This document shows, one piece after another, positions 13,581 to 27,526 of a DNA stretch of 64,000 nucleotides (the first letter of the stretch is position 1; each line of letters begins with the position of its first letter). Origin of the DNA: Eledone cirrhosa (lineage: Eukaryota). Location of the stretch: positions 300,514,001 through 300,578,000 of the forward strand of contig OZ024741.1 of NCBI GenBank assembly GCA_964016885.1, written 5' to 3'. The position numbers and the translations under genes were made by a program. Under the pieces are notes generated by a model. That model saw only the letters and a list, made by a program, of their open reading frames with translations. It did no database searches and was not told the DNA's origin.

Positions 13581-13698
13581 AATTGTTTCTATTATTGGCA
13601 CAAGGCCAGCAATTACCCAGTACAGTACTGGTACTTTATTTTATCGACCCCGTCAGGATGAAAGGCAAAGTTAACCTCGGCAGGTTTTGAACTCAGAA
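13581..13698 (-). mobile_element. tRNA-derived Meta-domain SINE, 5'-truncated, with TSD
   Basis: Same family as 25878-26055. Direct repeat aatatgttaaataat at 13569-13583 and 13697-13711. Confidence 0.85.
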
Positions 13699-14065
13699 TA
13701 TGTTAAATAATGAAAAACGTTTTAACATAATATTAAACACATAGAAAGAAAAATGTTTATATGTATCTTTTATAAACGAATTAAATTGAGAATTAAGAGT
13801 TTCAAAGTCGTAATTATAATTTTTTTTTTTTTTTCTGTTATAAATATTTATTTACATGAAATAAAGTTTAGACTAATTTGAAAATTAATACATACTCAAT
13901 CGAAAAAGGAAATTACAATTACAGCTCATTGTCTTTAATTAATGATGCATTGCAATTCACATACCTCTCTTGATAAATTTTAACAGAAACCGTAAGTGAT
14001 CAATGAAAATCGCGTAGTTAAATACATACATACACATATATATTTATTTATATATATATATATAT

Positions 14066-16166
14066 TGTACAGCCGACAATGTTACTCTTCACTCTTTCAC
14101 TGCTATTACTCCAAGGATAACCAGCATAGGAATTCTCACAAACTTGCTACCTAATTAAGGAAACCTCTTGTTGAGTCAAACAACGCCGTACGTTAAAACT
14201 ATCCATAGTACAGAGTACTCAAAACCTCTAACTGGATGACCTAAACGATAACTTGTTATCCCATATACCCAGCTGCCACTAGGTTGAGCAACAATCTTAA
14301 CGTACAGCACCAACACGGAAAAGCACCACATAGGCATGTCCTTAAAAAACATACCTATACCTACAAACATGGATTATACACTCGGCATGTACAGCGTACT
14401 AATGACTTCATCCGTCGAATCCGGTGGAAGGCGTATCATTACGACAACGGACACGCTAATAACACAGAGGAATTTACTAGGGAAAAATACGGATTCAAAT
14501 CCTGCAAAAATCCACCGAGTAACCCCCAACTTGATGCCTTTGAACTCGACCTCATGAACATGTTAAGTGGACCCAAATTTAAAAAAATTACAGGTTACAA
14601 CAAACTGCAAAACGACATCAATGCACTGCTGCTGAAAAAACTACGTATACACCATGAGCCGTGACACATACAATAACTGTATACGCCGTGAACTACACAA
14701 CACATACAGGAAAACTACCGAATCTACACTCACTGACATTAATAAGGAACGACTTAGCATAGTAAAAAACTGAAAATATCTGATAGAACCGAGCCTCTAA
14801 CCCCTCGTAACTCCACATTTAACCTAAAAGATCATAAAAATATTTTTTAAACGGACCCCACAATTAGATTAATATGTCCATCGAAGTCAGATATAGGTAG
14901 AATTAGCAAGTATATCCTAGATAGAGTAATAGCACAGATCAAGGACAAACTAGAAATTAAGCTACGGGGTAACACTAACGAAGCAATAGATTGGGTCAGC
15001 AAAATACACAGTAGAGAAGCATCCAACGTCATACAGTTCGATATCAACGACTACTACTCTTCCATCTCCCCAGTCACCCAGTCACCTCTGATGAAATTAG
15101 AATAATACTAACTGCTAGGAGAACTGTCATTAGATTCGAAAATAGTTACTCGGAACGAAAAAAGCAGACAGAATAGCTTCGATATAACAATGGGATCTAG
15201 CGACTCAGCATAAGTGCCAGACATAGTTGGAATACATATAGCGCATAACTTACATAAGGTATTTAATAACCTCCAAGGAGGAATTTATAGAGACGACACG
15301 CTCCTTTTAGCTAAAAGCTTGAATAACCAAAGCATATAAAGATAACGGAAAAACATCAGAATCTTCTTCAATAGAATAGGCCTAGGTATCACTTTCAAAC
15401 TTAACTATAAAAAGCAAACTTCTTATATGTAACACTCAACCTAAACACCGGACTAATAGAGCCTCTCCATAAAAAAACGAGAATCTAGCCTACATTATTT
15501 ATAACTCAAACCACATTCGCTCCATAATTAACTCGATGGCACATAGTATATCCCTCAGAATATCACGCCTATCTTCTAACCTAGAGATTTTTAAGGAGCA
15601 CGCAAACTACAGTAACCTAGCTTTACATAAGGCAGGCCACAGGGAGAGGCTCAAATACATACCAGATGGAGGCAGCAACTACAAACCTAACGACAACTAA
15701 ACTAGCCGCACCTATAAGAATAACAAATATAGAATTAAACATAGAAATAGGCAACGAACACCAGAAATAACCGAACCGAACACTAATATAGGGACCCGCA
15801 AGAACTACAGAAAATCCAGAGATAGGAAATATTTATGGGTCAATCTCAGCCCATCCCTAACAACATACAAAATCGCAACGGAGAACCTGCACACAGGAAG
15901 GCCTCCATGTGTAACTGCCACCTGTGTACTATCAAATAAGGCAAGGCAACATAGCATAGCACTACATAGGTTCTACTGCTGGGGAATTAAAAACAAGATG
16001 ACACTTAGACTGGTTGATAGTTCGCGACATCTTCTTTGTGCTTGACCATTAAAATCTGCCCACTGACCATTTCCACTCAGGCGTGAGCTGTTACTCACCC
16101 CAATCCCGTCCCCATAGATTACTGCTGTGTAGGATAGTTGTTATGAATTCTCATGTCCTTCCCTTG

Positions 16167-16168
<2 letters not shown>
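14066..16168 (+). mobile_element. Degenerate Penelope-like element (RT region) in (TA)n
   Basis: Translated fragments FIRRIRWKAY..YGFKS, LKDHK..PTIRLICPSKSDIGRISK, FDINDYYSSIS, FDITMGS, GIYRDD are typical PLE RT motifs. Many stops; TA tracts at both ends. Confidence 0.8.
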
Positions 16169-16220
<52 letters not shown>

Positions 16221-17171
16221 GTACTGTATATATATATTTGTATATGTACTGTATATATATATGTGTGCATGTGTATGTATAATGTAGGTGTATGAGGGTG
16301 CTCACATCTTTTAAAATGGAAAATACATGCTATCTAGCTTAACGGGTTTACAGTGGGTGTGAACGACAGCTGTGGAATCATCTTTAAACAGCAGCATGAA
16401 TAAATTATATTTCTTGAAATAAATGAATTATGATATCCAAAATAAATTACGGGGAATCTTCAAAATCGATTTAGATTTTCATAATTACCATTAAATTTAA
16501 TTTTCTACGCGAGATATCAAGTAACTTCGCTATTTATAAAAAAGATTCGAAACTATTTTTAGTCGTTTTTATTTTAGTTTTACGTAAAAATGAATCATAA
16601 TATAGAAACAAAGGAACAGATAAAACGAATCGTATAGAAGTTTCTACTGATGTCGATATTGAAATATATACGGATTGTATAATTATAAGCGATGTAAGAA
16701 ATATTCAACTGATTGAGCTGAATTACTTTCTGATCTATGATAGCTTCTTCATCTTCAAGGGCTGTGTTCTAGCTCCTTGACTAGCACACGTGAGTTGTTA
16801 TAGTCCAAGCTACATGAATATTAATGACTAGCAACAACCCAATGAAGCTAGGAAATTGAAAACTATAATTATTGTTGTAGCGTTGAATGATTTCCTTTGT
16901 ATTAGACTGGTTGAAGATAGCGCTGCATACATTTCAGATCTTTAGAACTGCCTCTATCAATATTTGGTGAAAGTGGAGCCCATACATTGGAATTGACTAA
17001 CATAATAATTTATTATGTTGCATGTTCACGTTAATATTACGTTATATCTCTTTTATTTGGCAAGTTCGTTTTGCTTTAAATGCTTTAAAATGACCAGAGT
17101 GACGTCGGGTAATACCTTATTACTAGACTAATTCCCTTTATATCTGATTCTATTTCTCATTATTTGTGGAT

Positions 17172-17351
17172 TGGCAGTATCGGTAGAAGGTCGGACGCCA
17201 TGCTTTCCAGCATAGTTACGTCCCTTTACGATCTGAGTTCAAATCCCGCCGAGGTTGACTTTGCCTGTCATCCTTACGGGGTCGATAAAATAAAGTACCA
17301 GTAATGCACATGGTAATTGTTGGCCTTGTGCCTAAAGTAGAAACAATTATT
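17172..17351 (+). mobile_element. tRNA-derived Meta-domain SINE
   Basis: A-box-like tggcagtatcgg, B-box gagttcaaatccc, core gcct(t/g)tcatccttacggggtcgataaaataaagtaccag. Confidence 0.88.
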
Positions 17352-17941
17352 CAAGTTTTCTTTCAACTGTGGTTTCGCGCATTATTTGACACAACATTTT
17401 GAGATTATTGAAAACGAACAATTGAGCAAAATCATATTGGGGGATATTGGATGCGACGACTCGATTAAAATGATTTACTAAATCACCGGTACTGCATTTT
17501 ATTGACACAGAACGTATGGAAAGGTAAAATTAACAACGATGGTATTTGAAATTAGAAAAGAAAAGTCTGTAATTGAATGTCACAAAGTATTCTGTCCGAG
17601 GTATAAACAAACATGTACACACACACACTCACACACGCATATATATATTTAAACACACAAACATACACGCACACACACACTCCTCCTCAGCCCATCCTAT
17701 AAGTTTCCTCGCTGAAAATCAGTAGGGAGCAGGATATGTTTTGTTAAACTCCGCCCCAAACAACTTCCCTTTGAAAAAAGACAAATTTGTCCACTGTTTT
17801 TATCGTTAAGTTACTGCACGTCTATATATATATATTCCTAGTCACAATAATATTTATGTATTTATATCTGTTTTTTGTCGAAAGATATCTGTAAAAATCA
17901 ATAATGTAACTGTTTTTCTGTGTGTATTTCTTCGCAATATG

Positions 17942-18125
<184 letters not shown>

Positions 18126-18643
18126 GTATGGGGGGGTGAGTGCATAAAATGCAGTAATTGTATATTCTTATAACATTTGACAGTTAAAGGTGTACGAACT
18201 GGGGTTTGAAGAAAACAATATAGACGAGTTCAAAACGAAGAAATGGAAAGGGTTAACTAGGGAAGAATCCACGTGTAGTTGTACATAGTCATCTTGAAAG
18301 ATGAAAAAAATAGGAACAAAGCAGGATTGTTTATTAGACTCCAAATGTAAAATGAGCATCAAAGTCTGTAGAAAATAATGTGTAAGTGGTAGTGTTGTTT
18401 TCAGTGAACATCTCATGTTATATGTGTCGGGGTCTTCATTGGACTGTGACACAAACCGGGGCGTTATAATGTATGTATATGCATGCGAGCTGATCAGCGC
18501 ATGAAAGTATATACACTCGTTCAGAGTAGTGGCAGTATAGTTTGAAGGGAATTCGGAATAAAAACTATGAATAATTTTAATATAACACAACGGCGGTCCC
18601 ACCACAGATATAAACACAGACTCACAGACACACACACACACAG

Positions 18644-18682
<39 letters not shown>

Positions 18683-18711
18683 CGTATAGACACGCACATA
18701 TATATATAGAG

Positions 18712-19970
18712 AGAAAAAGGTTTCCTCTTCTTCCTCGTACTTGAACAGTTCTCTATCCAAGACTTGCAATCTCTGTCTGAATGAAAAATTTACCATTATA
18801 TCTAATTTAGATTCTATAATAAATAGACGCACTGACTTGTTTTCTATCTGCTTGCATAAATTCCACAGAACTTTCCATAAAGTATACAGCTAATATCCTA
18901 AACTTTATCAATTCAGAATCCTTTTCTCAAAGGCACATATATATATATATTATACTTCTTTAAAAATATATCCATCTTTCTACCCTATTTCAAAGTTATT
19001 TATCATATTCTATATCATTTCTATTCATCACTTCCTTTTCTTCCTTTTCCTTTTCTTTTCTTTTTCTTTTAATTTCTAACCCCTAATCTGCACCTTTTCT
19101 CACTGTGCCTAACATAGAATCAATTATTACACAATACACTATATTCTTACTTTATAACACCTTGAAAAAATCCTTCGTAAACATAAACATTTTTTTTTTT
19201 TTTTTTTGACGTTATATTATTCATCCTCTATTCATTATTTTTTCTCACTTTCATCTAACTTATTCATGCTCATCTCACAATATATCCTTACTTACATTAC
19301 TTCTGGTTTTTTTAATAATACATATCAACATTTTCTTTCCATCGCACATATTATTAAACCCTTAAAATTATTCTTAATACATATTAACATTTACTTTTCA
19401 TCGCACATATTATTAAACCCTTCAATATACAAACCTTAACTTTACATTATTTTTCTCTTCGTTAATTTTCAAAATCTTTTAATTTATACATTATCTTCCA
19501 ACGGTTTTTCAACCTCTCTATGTAAAACAATATATTTTTCTCAGTTATAAAAGCTATCTCTCTCTCTCTAGCAGCCATATCTCCTCCTATCTCATCCTTC
19601 CTCATTATACTCCTCCCCCTCCACTTTTTACTCTCATCTCCTCCTCTTTTTCATCCCCCCCCCCTCAAAACAAAAATGTTTCCCCAGTATCACACATCAA
19701 TCTAAAACTACTTTTCATATGTTGATTTAAAACTGCACTATCCACAAGTGTTTTTAACCTTCATATCATGTCCTCCTATTTTATCTGATGAAAACACAAA
19801 TGTTATTGCATGATGATATTTGTTTTTGAAATGCGCATAATAAAATACATGGAACTCATTTAACCATAATTTGATCTTATATATTATGTATACTCCAGTC
19901 CTACAAACTGTAGAGTGCTTCTTATCCGGTATCTGCATTGCTTTATTGTACTACAATAAAACTCACCTCC

Positions 19971-19973
<3 letters not shown>
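18712..19973 (+). mobile_element. 5'-truncated PLE: GIY-YIG C-terminus, long 3' UTR, hammerhead
   Basis: 18750-18893 translates SKTCNLCLNEKFTII..NRRTDLFSICLHK*, homologous to about 53360-53480. Hammerhead at 19777; ends in (TA)n. Confidence 0.8.
19777..19847 (+). ncRNA. Type I hammerhead ribozyme
   Basis: Stem I tattttat/ataaaata, CTGATGA, long stem II, GAAA, palindromic stem III TGCGCA, cleavage triplet ending UA. Confidence 0.85.
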
Positions 19974-20042
<69 letters not shown>

Positions 20043-20049
20043 GGAGGGA

Positions 20050-20826
20050 GAAAGGAGAAAGAGGCCTATATCTTTTGAGAAACACATACACACTTATAGA
20101 GCAAATAATATGTAGAAAAATATACATACTTTAAGGTGGTACTAAATTTACCGATTTCCAAACGGCTGTTTCGTAAAACCAAGGATTAATGCAAAATAGC
20201 GATTTTAGTAATTGATTTCCGATTACCAACTATCGATTTTGGTAATGCGTTAAAAGACAAAATTTTACTTATTCGTGGATATTCTCATCATATATGTCTC
20301 ACGCTGTACAGAAAGCTATATATCTGACCACACGAAGATTATTAAAATCGCATGTTCATGGTGTGAAAACAACGTTTAAAATGTGAGGGCAGGTATAAAG
20401 AGGACAAGACGTTATAGGTGCTAGAAATAGCCACTAAAATCCTGTCTCGATCAGTCAGCTTACATAAATTAATAACATTTGGAATAGTTATATACTATGT
20501 AAACGTATCGATACATATTGAATATGTAACGATCGTGTTTCTCAATAAAAAAAGATCAATGGACCTTAGTGCAGACCATAAGGCATATATGAAGACAATA
20601 TCCACTGATGAGTAAAATTTTGTCTCTTAACGCATTAGCAAAATCGATAGGTGGTAATCCAAAATCGATTACTTTGATCGATATTTTGCGTTAATATTTG
20701 ATTTTACGAATCGGTCGTCTGGCGATCGGTCAATTTAAAGTATCTATATTTTCCTATATATTTGTTCTATATTTGTGTACCAAATGGTATGTGTTTCTCA
20801 AAAGATATAGGCCTCTTTCTCCTCTC
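20050..20826. repeat. Imperfect long inverted repeat (MITE/fold-back), arms about 250 bp
   Basis: 20053-20296 is the reverse complement of about 20585-20824 (e.g. agaaagaggcctatatcttttgagaaacacatac). 20505-20575 is also inverted at about 20865-20930. Confidence 0.75.
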
Positions 20827-20981
20827 GCTATATATATCTTTTAAACTTATATAATTGATGTCCTGAACTATGGTCCATTGAGTATTTTTATTGAGCAACA
20901 TGATTGTTACATATTCAATATATAGCGATAACTTCACACACACACACACATACACACACACACACACACATATATATATCC

Positions 20982-21022
<41 letters not shown>

Positions 21023-21025
<3 letters not shown>

Positions 21026-21218
21026 CAAAGGAAATGTGTTAAGGAACCAGATGGACCATAACGCACCAGAGTACTCAATACTTAGGGGAGTAGAGTGGGA
21101 AATAGAAAAAAAGTATGACCCCGACGGCAGAGCACAAGGCGTTTCGACAGCTATTTCTGGACAGCCCAGAAATAACCGTCGAAACGGTTTGAGCTCTGCC
21201 GTCGGGGTCATACTTGTT

Positions 21219-21220
<2 letters not shown>
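21023..21220 (-). mobile_element. Mini fold-back PLE-type 3' end in (TA)n
   Basis: About 105-bp hairpin at 21111-21215 plus an unpaired tail at 21023-21107. Second copy at 61905-62116; diverged copy at 27523-27706. Confidence 0.75.
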
Positions 21221-21282
<62 letters not shown>

Positions 21283-21297
21283 AAAACGTATGACCCC

Positions 21298-21443
21298 GGT
21301 GTGAGAAAAACCACAGACTCTCCATCTCAACTCTACTTTTGAAAAGCAGAAGAACTGCGAAACCGGTAAAGGAACCAAATGAATATATATATTTTTTTTT
21401 AAATAAGACTCCAGTTGCATTTTCGATTTCATCTCTTTTTCTT
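21298..21443 (+). mobile_element. Short hammerhead-bearing element in (TA)n
   Basis: Second copy on the minus strand at 26285-26432. Confidence 0.7.
21336..21372 (+). ncRNA. Minimal hammerhead with U3-A8 core variant
   Basis: ctt-TTGAAAA-GCAG-aagaa-CTGC-GAAA-CCGG-TA-aag. Confidence 0.7.
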
Positions 21444-23157
21444 TATATATATATATATATATATAATTGAATATACAAGAGAGATAAACACAAATATAAA
21501 CATACATGTGTTCGAATTGTAAAGGACCAAGTTCACTAGGGGGGAAAATATTAACTATAACAATATGGTTTGCCAGACTCAATTTAAAGTAATAAATCAA
21601 GAAAAAGAACAAACCTATATTGGGCAACTACCTGAAACACCCAGACAGCTATGCGACTCTTTCGCAAATTATTTAGCAAAGGAAATCACCAATTTTCTGC
21701 TCTTCAGTGGATGTAAAAATTAGTGATCCCTTCACTTCTAAGTACATCAGAAGACTGAATAGTGTGCGAATATGAAATAACGCACATGACTTCAGAACCT
21801 AGCGTGTCTCATAAACATACGCTGCTAAAAATAGCATACACTTGCATTTCAGGCAATATTCCTTCATGAAAGTAACCGTACACCTCCCTTACCATCCCCA
21901 TTCAGAAATTTAAATTTCCATCTTAGATGTTTCAGATATTCCCACAAATTTTCTTGCAGCAATCATGTTCGTCTTGTACTAAAATGAAGATCATTAATAT
22001 GAAAAATCTTAAAAGAATATTTGAAATCCATGTTTGGCATTAATTATTGCGTTGCTGTTTTATGTAATAATTAGTTAAACTAAGTCATATTCTGAAGATG
22101 GGGATATTGTTTGCAATATTGTATGTAACTTTACAAACGTGTATCAAATTAGGATAAATATCATGTTTTAACACTTTTACGAAATAAAGAATGTAATATG
22201 CATAATGTTTACGAAATAAAGAATGTAATATGCATATGGTGAGTGCAATTATTATTATTATTAAATACTTATTTTTCAGTTAGTTTAAATCAGAAGATGA
22301 AATGATATTCCTTGTACTTACATTAAGTACTACAGGGGATATTCTGAATGTACTGAACGAAAGGAATACATATTTATCATGTACTAGTTAATAAAGAAGA
22401 AAAATTAAATATTTGTTGCGGTACAGCAAAATGCACACAAAGATTCTTTAAATTTTCCTCCAGCCACAATTCTTATCTTTAGTGGCCCTTCTAAAAAGAA
22501 AGTGCTTACAAACTAATCTCTAATCTGCTCACAAAAATGTATCATCAAGGCTAGTATTATAAATGTAAGCCACATGAGCGTAGTCTTTTGTAATCTCTAT
22601 AGTTTGAAATGTATTTCATTATCTTCGTTGTATTAACTAAAGGCATTTGTTTGTAGTGCATATACAAATGGATTGCAAAGTCCAGGAGAACCTACTAATA
22701 AACTAGTACGTTTTCATATAAGAATCCGTCGTCAGGTTTAAAATGCTAACTATTGTTTCTTTTATATGATATGCGATGAAGAAACAAAATCGTTAAGGTA
22801 TAAAAGAAAACTAACATGACTAAAGTTTAAATAAAGTCATGTTCAGTATCGGCTCTTACCAAGAAGCCAATAGAGGACGTTTGGTTTTATAAATAAGTGA
22901 ATGTCTATCATAGTGCATTCAATAACATTTATGACATGCTGTTTCACATCTAGATGTATTTGGTTTTAATATATTGAGAACTGTTCAACAGAATCTTATT
23001 AAAATTTCTACTTGGAAACCATACACTTATTTATGTTACAGAGAGTGTATTTATATTTCTTATCATATTCAACCGGGGATAAAGAATATGTTGCACGCAA
23101 GCATAAACGAAAGACACACAAACACACACGCACACACACACGCACACCTACACACCT

Positions 23158-23205
<48 letters not shown>

Positions 23206-23206
23206 T

Positions 23207-23420
23207 TTGAAACATCGAGCGATATTGAAATTAGAAATGGAAGCTGTCGCCTTATTTTTGACACCAGAAACTTTAGCCTGATAGTGGGGTTTAGAACCCT
23301 AAAAGAAATGGATAAAGATGAGTATTGATGTACGTTAATACTCATATTTTTCCATTTCTTTGAGGGTTCTAAACCCCACTATCAGGCTAAAACCTCTTTA
23401 GTAAAAAATACGAAGAAAGC
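23207..23420 (-). repeat. Small fold-back element between microsatellites
   Basis: Inverted arms 23272-23326 and 23337-23391, extending imperfectly to 23243 and 23420, with an extra tail on the left only. Confidence 0.7.
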
Positions 23421-23997
23421 ATATATATATATATATATATAATATATATATGTATGTATGTATGTATATATATATATATAAATGTGTATGTGCATGTTGG
23501 TGGGCGTGCAGGTTTTTGTATGTACCTCTGATAAATAGTTTATTAGTTTGACAAATTTTACAGATATAGTTCATGTTTATATTTTATGGAATTTCTACTT
23601 GATCGCACCCTAAATTCTCCCTCATTCATCTGATATAGATTTCCAGTAGTTTTACGGCTACCTGTTTCTCTTGGATCGATATAGCAAGTGCATATATTCA
23701 TTCCTAGCACTAATATATTAGCCTTCTAGGTAACATTAGTTCCTTATATAACTTATTCCTTGGAATGTTTCCAATAATATCAAAATTCTTTCAGAATATT
23801 TTTTCATAAATTGGAGATTTTCTTTCCAGTTGAATAATCTTCATAAAATATATATTTTTATGAATGTACGTTAATATATTACAGTACAGTCGAGGAAGTC
23901 TGAGAGCGTTGTAATGGATACATTACATATATGATAGTATCATGAATCTACAGGTATCACGATAACTCCCAAAGAATTAAAGAAAAACCTATATTAA

Positions 23998-24174
23998 TAA
24001 TTGTTTTTACTTTTGGCACAAGGCAATTAACCCAGTGCATTACTGGTACTTTATTTTATCGAACCCGTAAGGATGAAAGGCAAATTTAACCGCAGCAAGA
24101 TTTGAACTCAGACCGTAAAGGGCCGTAACTCTATGCTGCGAAGCATGGCCTCCGACCCTCTACTGATACTGCCA
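23998..24174 (-). mobile_element. tRNA-derived Meta-domain SINE
   Basis: Reverse complement of the 25878 family; flanking direct repeat atattaataat. Confidence 0.85.
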
Positions 24175-24285
24175 ACCATATTAATAATGTATATTATAGT
24201 GCACGTAACATTGAGTTTAATGTTCATTAATTTACATGGCTCCGCACAGGATTCGAGGAACGACAATTTCTCTTTATATTGTGCA

Positions 24286-24549
24286 ACATTTAGACCCAAA
24301 TAAATGTGTGTAAAAATGTTTCTTTAACATAAAATTATTCTGTCAGTATTTTGTAAAGTCGTGTCACTCCTTGAGGCATTTAACGTTATTTTCCAAACTA
24401 TGAAAGATTGAGGAAGAATATCCTCAATCTTTCATAGTTTGGAAAATAACGTTAAATGCCTCAAGGAGTGACACGACTTTACAAAATACTGACAGAATAA
24501 TTTTATGTTAAAGAAACATTTTTACACACATTTATTTGGGTCTAAATGT
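24286..24549. repeat. Perfect palindrome, 129-bp arms, 6-nt loop
   Basis: 24286-24414 is the reverse complement of 24421-24549; loop agaata. Confidence 0.92.
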
Positions 24550-24561
24550 GACAAAAAAAGT

Positions 24562-24609
<48 letters not shown>

Positions 24610-24756
24610 ATTTTTTGTCATATCGCCAGTCTGAGGAGCAGATCGATAGGGGATTGAGCCAAACTTTTGAGCCAATCTTTTGCGGAACGGGTGTAACAAG
24701 TCGATACACAGTAAATATATTTTATATGTAAACGAAACTTCCTCGTTTGTTCTATT

Positions 24757-24789
<33 letters not shown>

Positions 24790-25877
24790 CACACCCACAT
24801 CAGCACACACACACACAGGCACACCCACATCAGAACCCACACACACACACGCACATATTTATATATATATATATAGAGAGAGAGAGAGATAAAGAGAGGG
24901 AGTGAGGGGGAAGAATAAAAAGATATCGAAATGGTAATAGTCGCATATTGCGTAGTATAAATTTACATGAAAGAGTTTCTAAGAAAATCGTATGCCCATG
25001 TAGTACACTAAGTAAAGTTGAAATAAAACGGCAAATGCATACATATAACATTCTGGTGTAGCACATGATAAATATTCGTATCTATCAGAGTATGTCTGCA
25101 TATAGGTAATTTACAAAAGTGAGAATCGCTATTTAGGTAAAAATGATTTGGAAAGCAAATATGCTCATGTGTTAAGAAAGATGTGATATATAGACAAAGC
25201 TATACCAAATGATAAATATCGTATAGAGCTTTCAACTTAGTAACAGTGTTAGAGCCCGCATTGTTTTACACTTAGCTCCAATTACATCAAATTACAAAAG
25301 TGAAGATACCTCTATGTGTTAATAAATTAATGAAATTGCCACTGTGGTAAATCACAACACCATTTCAGGTTTTATTCCAAGTAGACATAATTCAGCAAAC
25401 TACTGAACAAAATCTCTTGCGTGTTTACACATTATGATACCCTTGCCAAATTACAATAATTTGAATAAGTAGATATTGACAGCATATATATGCTTGCATA
25501 CTTACGACAGGTCGATATGTCGTATCATCTAAATTATTCAACACTAGAAGGAAAGAATTCATAATAAATTATGTTAATGGTGGCAAAGTAGCACAGGTTT
25601 TAGAAGTGACACTGCGAGCAATTTCGGGCACATACAAAATTCTATTCTAGCATTCTCAACAAGGCATAAGTATTCACCAAACGGGAATAGTAGAATAAGA
25701 CCAAATATATACATAAGCTGATTATATCTGTCGACAAATAATAGATATGAATATGCCCGAAGGAAGCTCTCTACATGAAGTTTATACATCCATAGAGTGT
25801 ATAGCTTTCTGAAATGATGAATGGAAGAGAGCCAAGCAATGATCGGTAATTAACCTTGTAAGTTCAAAACCGTGGCT

Positions 25878-26055
25878 TGGCAGTATCGGTAGAGGGTCGG
25901 ACGCCATGCTTTCCAGCATAGTTACGTCCCTTTGCGGTCTGAGTTCAAATCCCACCGAGGTTAACTTTGCCTTTCATCCTTACGGGGGTCGATAAAATAA
26001 AGTACCAGTAATCACTGGGTAATTGATGGCCTTGTGCCAAAAGTAGAAACAATTA
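25878..26055 (+). mobile_element. tRNA-derived Meta-domain SINE
   Basis: A/B boxes and core as at 17172. Confidence 0.88.
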
Positions 26056-26193
26056 ATTTTGCCCTACATTGCTTATTTATCCATATTCGAGATTGTATTG
26101 TACAATAGAGGACCAAAGTCAGTTATATATATTCAAAGATAAATCGCAGTCGTCACGTTAATATTTAAAATATAAGAATTATATATATATATA

Positions 26194-26240
<47 letters not shown>

Positions 26241-26284
26241 GTGAGTTTCTATTTACAAAATGAAAAATAACCGAGTGAAAATAT

Positions 26285-26432
26285 AAAGAAAAAAGGATGA
26301 AATCGAAAATGCAACTGGGGTTTTATTTTTTTAAATATATATATATATTTATTTGGTTCCTTTACCGGTTTCGCAGTTCTTCTTCTTTTCAAAAGTAGAG
26401 TTGAGATGGAGGGTCTGTGGTTTTTCTCACAT
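26285..26432 (-). mobile_element. Second copy of the U3-A8 hammerhead element
   Basis: Reverse complement of 21299-21443, with one stem II mismatch. Confidence 0.75.
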
Positions 26433-26679
26433 CTATATATATAACGACTGTTCGTTTAATTTGTCCAGGTGTACTTTTCTCAACCTGATTAGTTCTATCG
26501 TTGCTTTGGTATATATTGTGTGTTAGTTTAGCCTACTACAATGTTCGATTTGTCAAGCTATATAAACGTATGTTATTACTCTAAGGACCTACCTTGTCGA
26601 GTGCTTTGCTAACTCATCACTTCATATAAGTCGGCCGAATTCACTTGCAAACCGCCAGAGATTCGATTTTACTGATTTC

Positions 26680-26764
<85 letters not shown>

Positions 26765-26768
<4 letters not shown>

Positions 26769-27487
26769 GGAATAGAATGAAACGAAATTTCATTTCTCAC
26801 TCTTAGTACGGCACTTACTTAAATGGAAGTATGTATGTATACGTACATACATATATATATACTGACGTACAGTAGCATGTATATATATACATAAAGGCAC
26901 ACATATATATATGCACGTATCAGTTTACCGAACATTTATTATAATGCTCGGTTTGTTCGTTTGTAAACAAACAAAAGGCTTAACTGGCCTTCGTCAGGAC
27001 GGTCCCTCCCACCGCTTGCGACTGCTGGACTAGAAGAGAGCCGAGAATATATACATGTCTCGTCTGTGTAAATTAGGTGATTAATCTCATTTGCATATGA
27101 AGCTGCTTAAGTTGGCTCAACTCATAATAAAAACGAAATAGGATTTCCCTTCAAGTATAGCTTTATACAATATGTATAAATATTTCGTATCACCAAGGAA
27201 ATACGGTTTTAGGAAGCCGTAGTAATGCAAGCACCGCGGGGCTAACGTATATATTCTCGGCTCTCGTCTAGTCCAGCAGTCGCAAGCGGTGGGAGGCACC
27301 ATCCTGACGAAGGCCAGTTAAGCCTGAAATGTATATACGGTTGTCCCCCTTGCTTCTGCTGGACATCACCAGAGGGCGTTAGCCCCGCGGTGTTTGCATA
27401 GCTACGGCTTCCTAAAACCGTATTTCCTTGGAGATACGAAATATTTATACATATTGTATAAAGCTATGCTTGAAGCGAAATCCTATT

Positions 27488-27492
<5 letters not shown>
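26765..27492. mobile_element. Hammerhead-bearing non-autonomous element with interleaved inversions
   Basis: 26977-27055 is inverted at 27248-27324; 27139-27247 is inverted at 27377-27486. CTGACGA-A-GGC..GCC-T-GAAA at 27304-27329. 26770-26972 is homologous to 30738-30930. Confidence 0.7.

Positions 27493-27522
<30 letters not shown>

Positions 27523-27526
<4 letters not shown>

Noticed and set aside
17172-17250. tRNA gene-like A/B boxes
   Set aside because: Head of a multicopy SINE; no complete cloverleaf.
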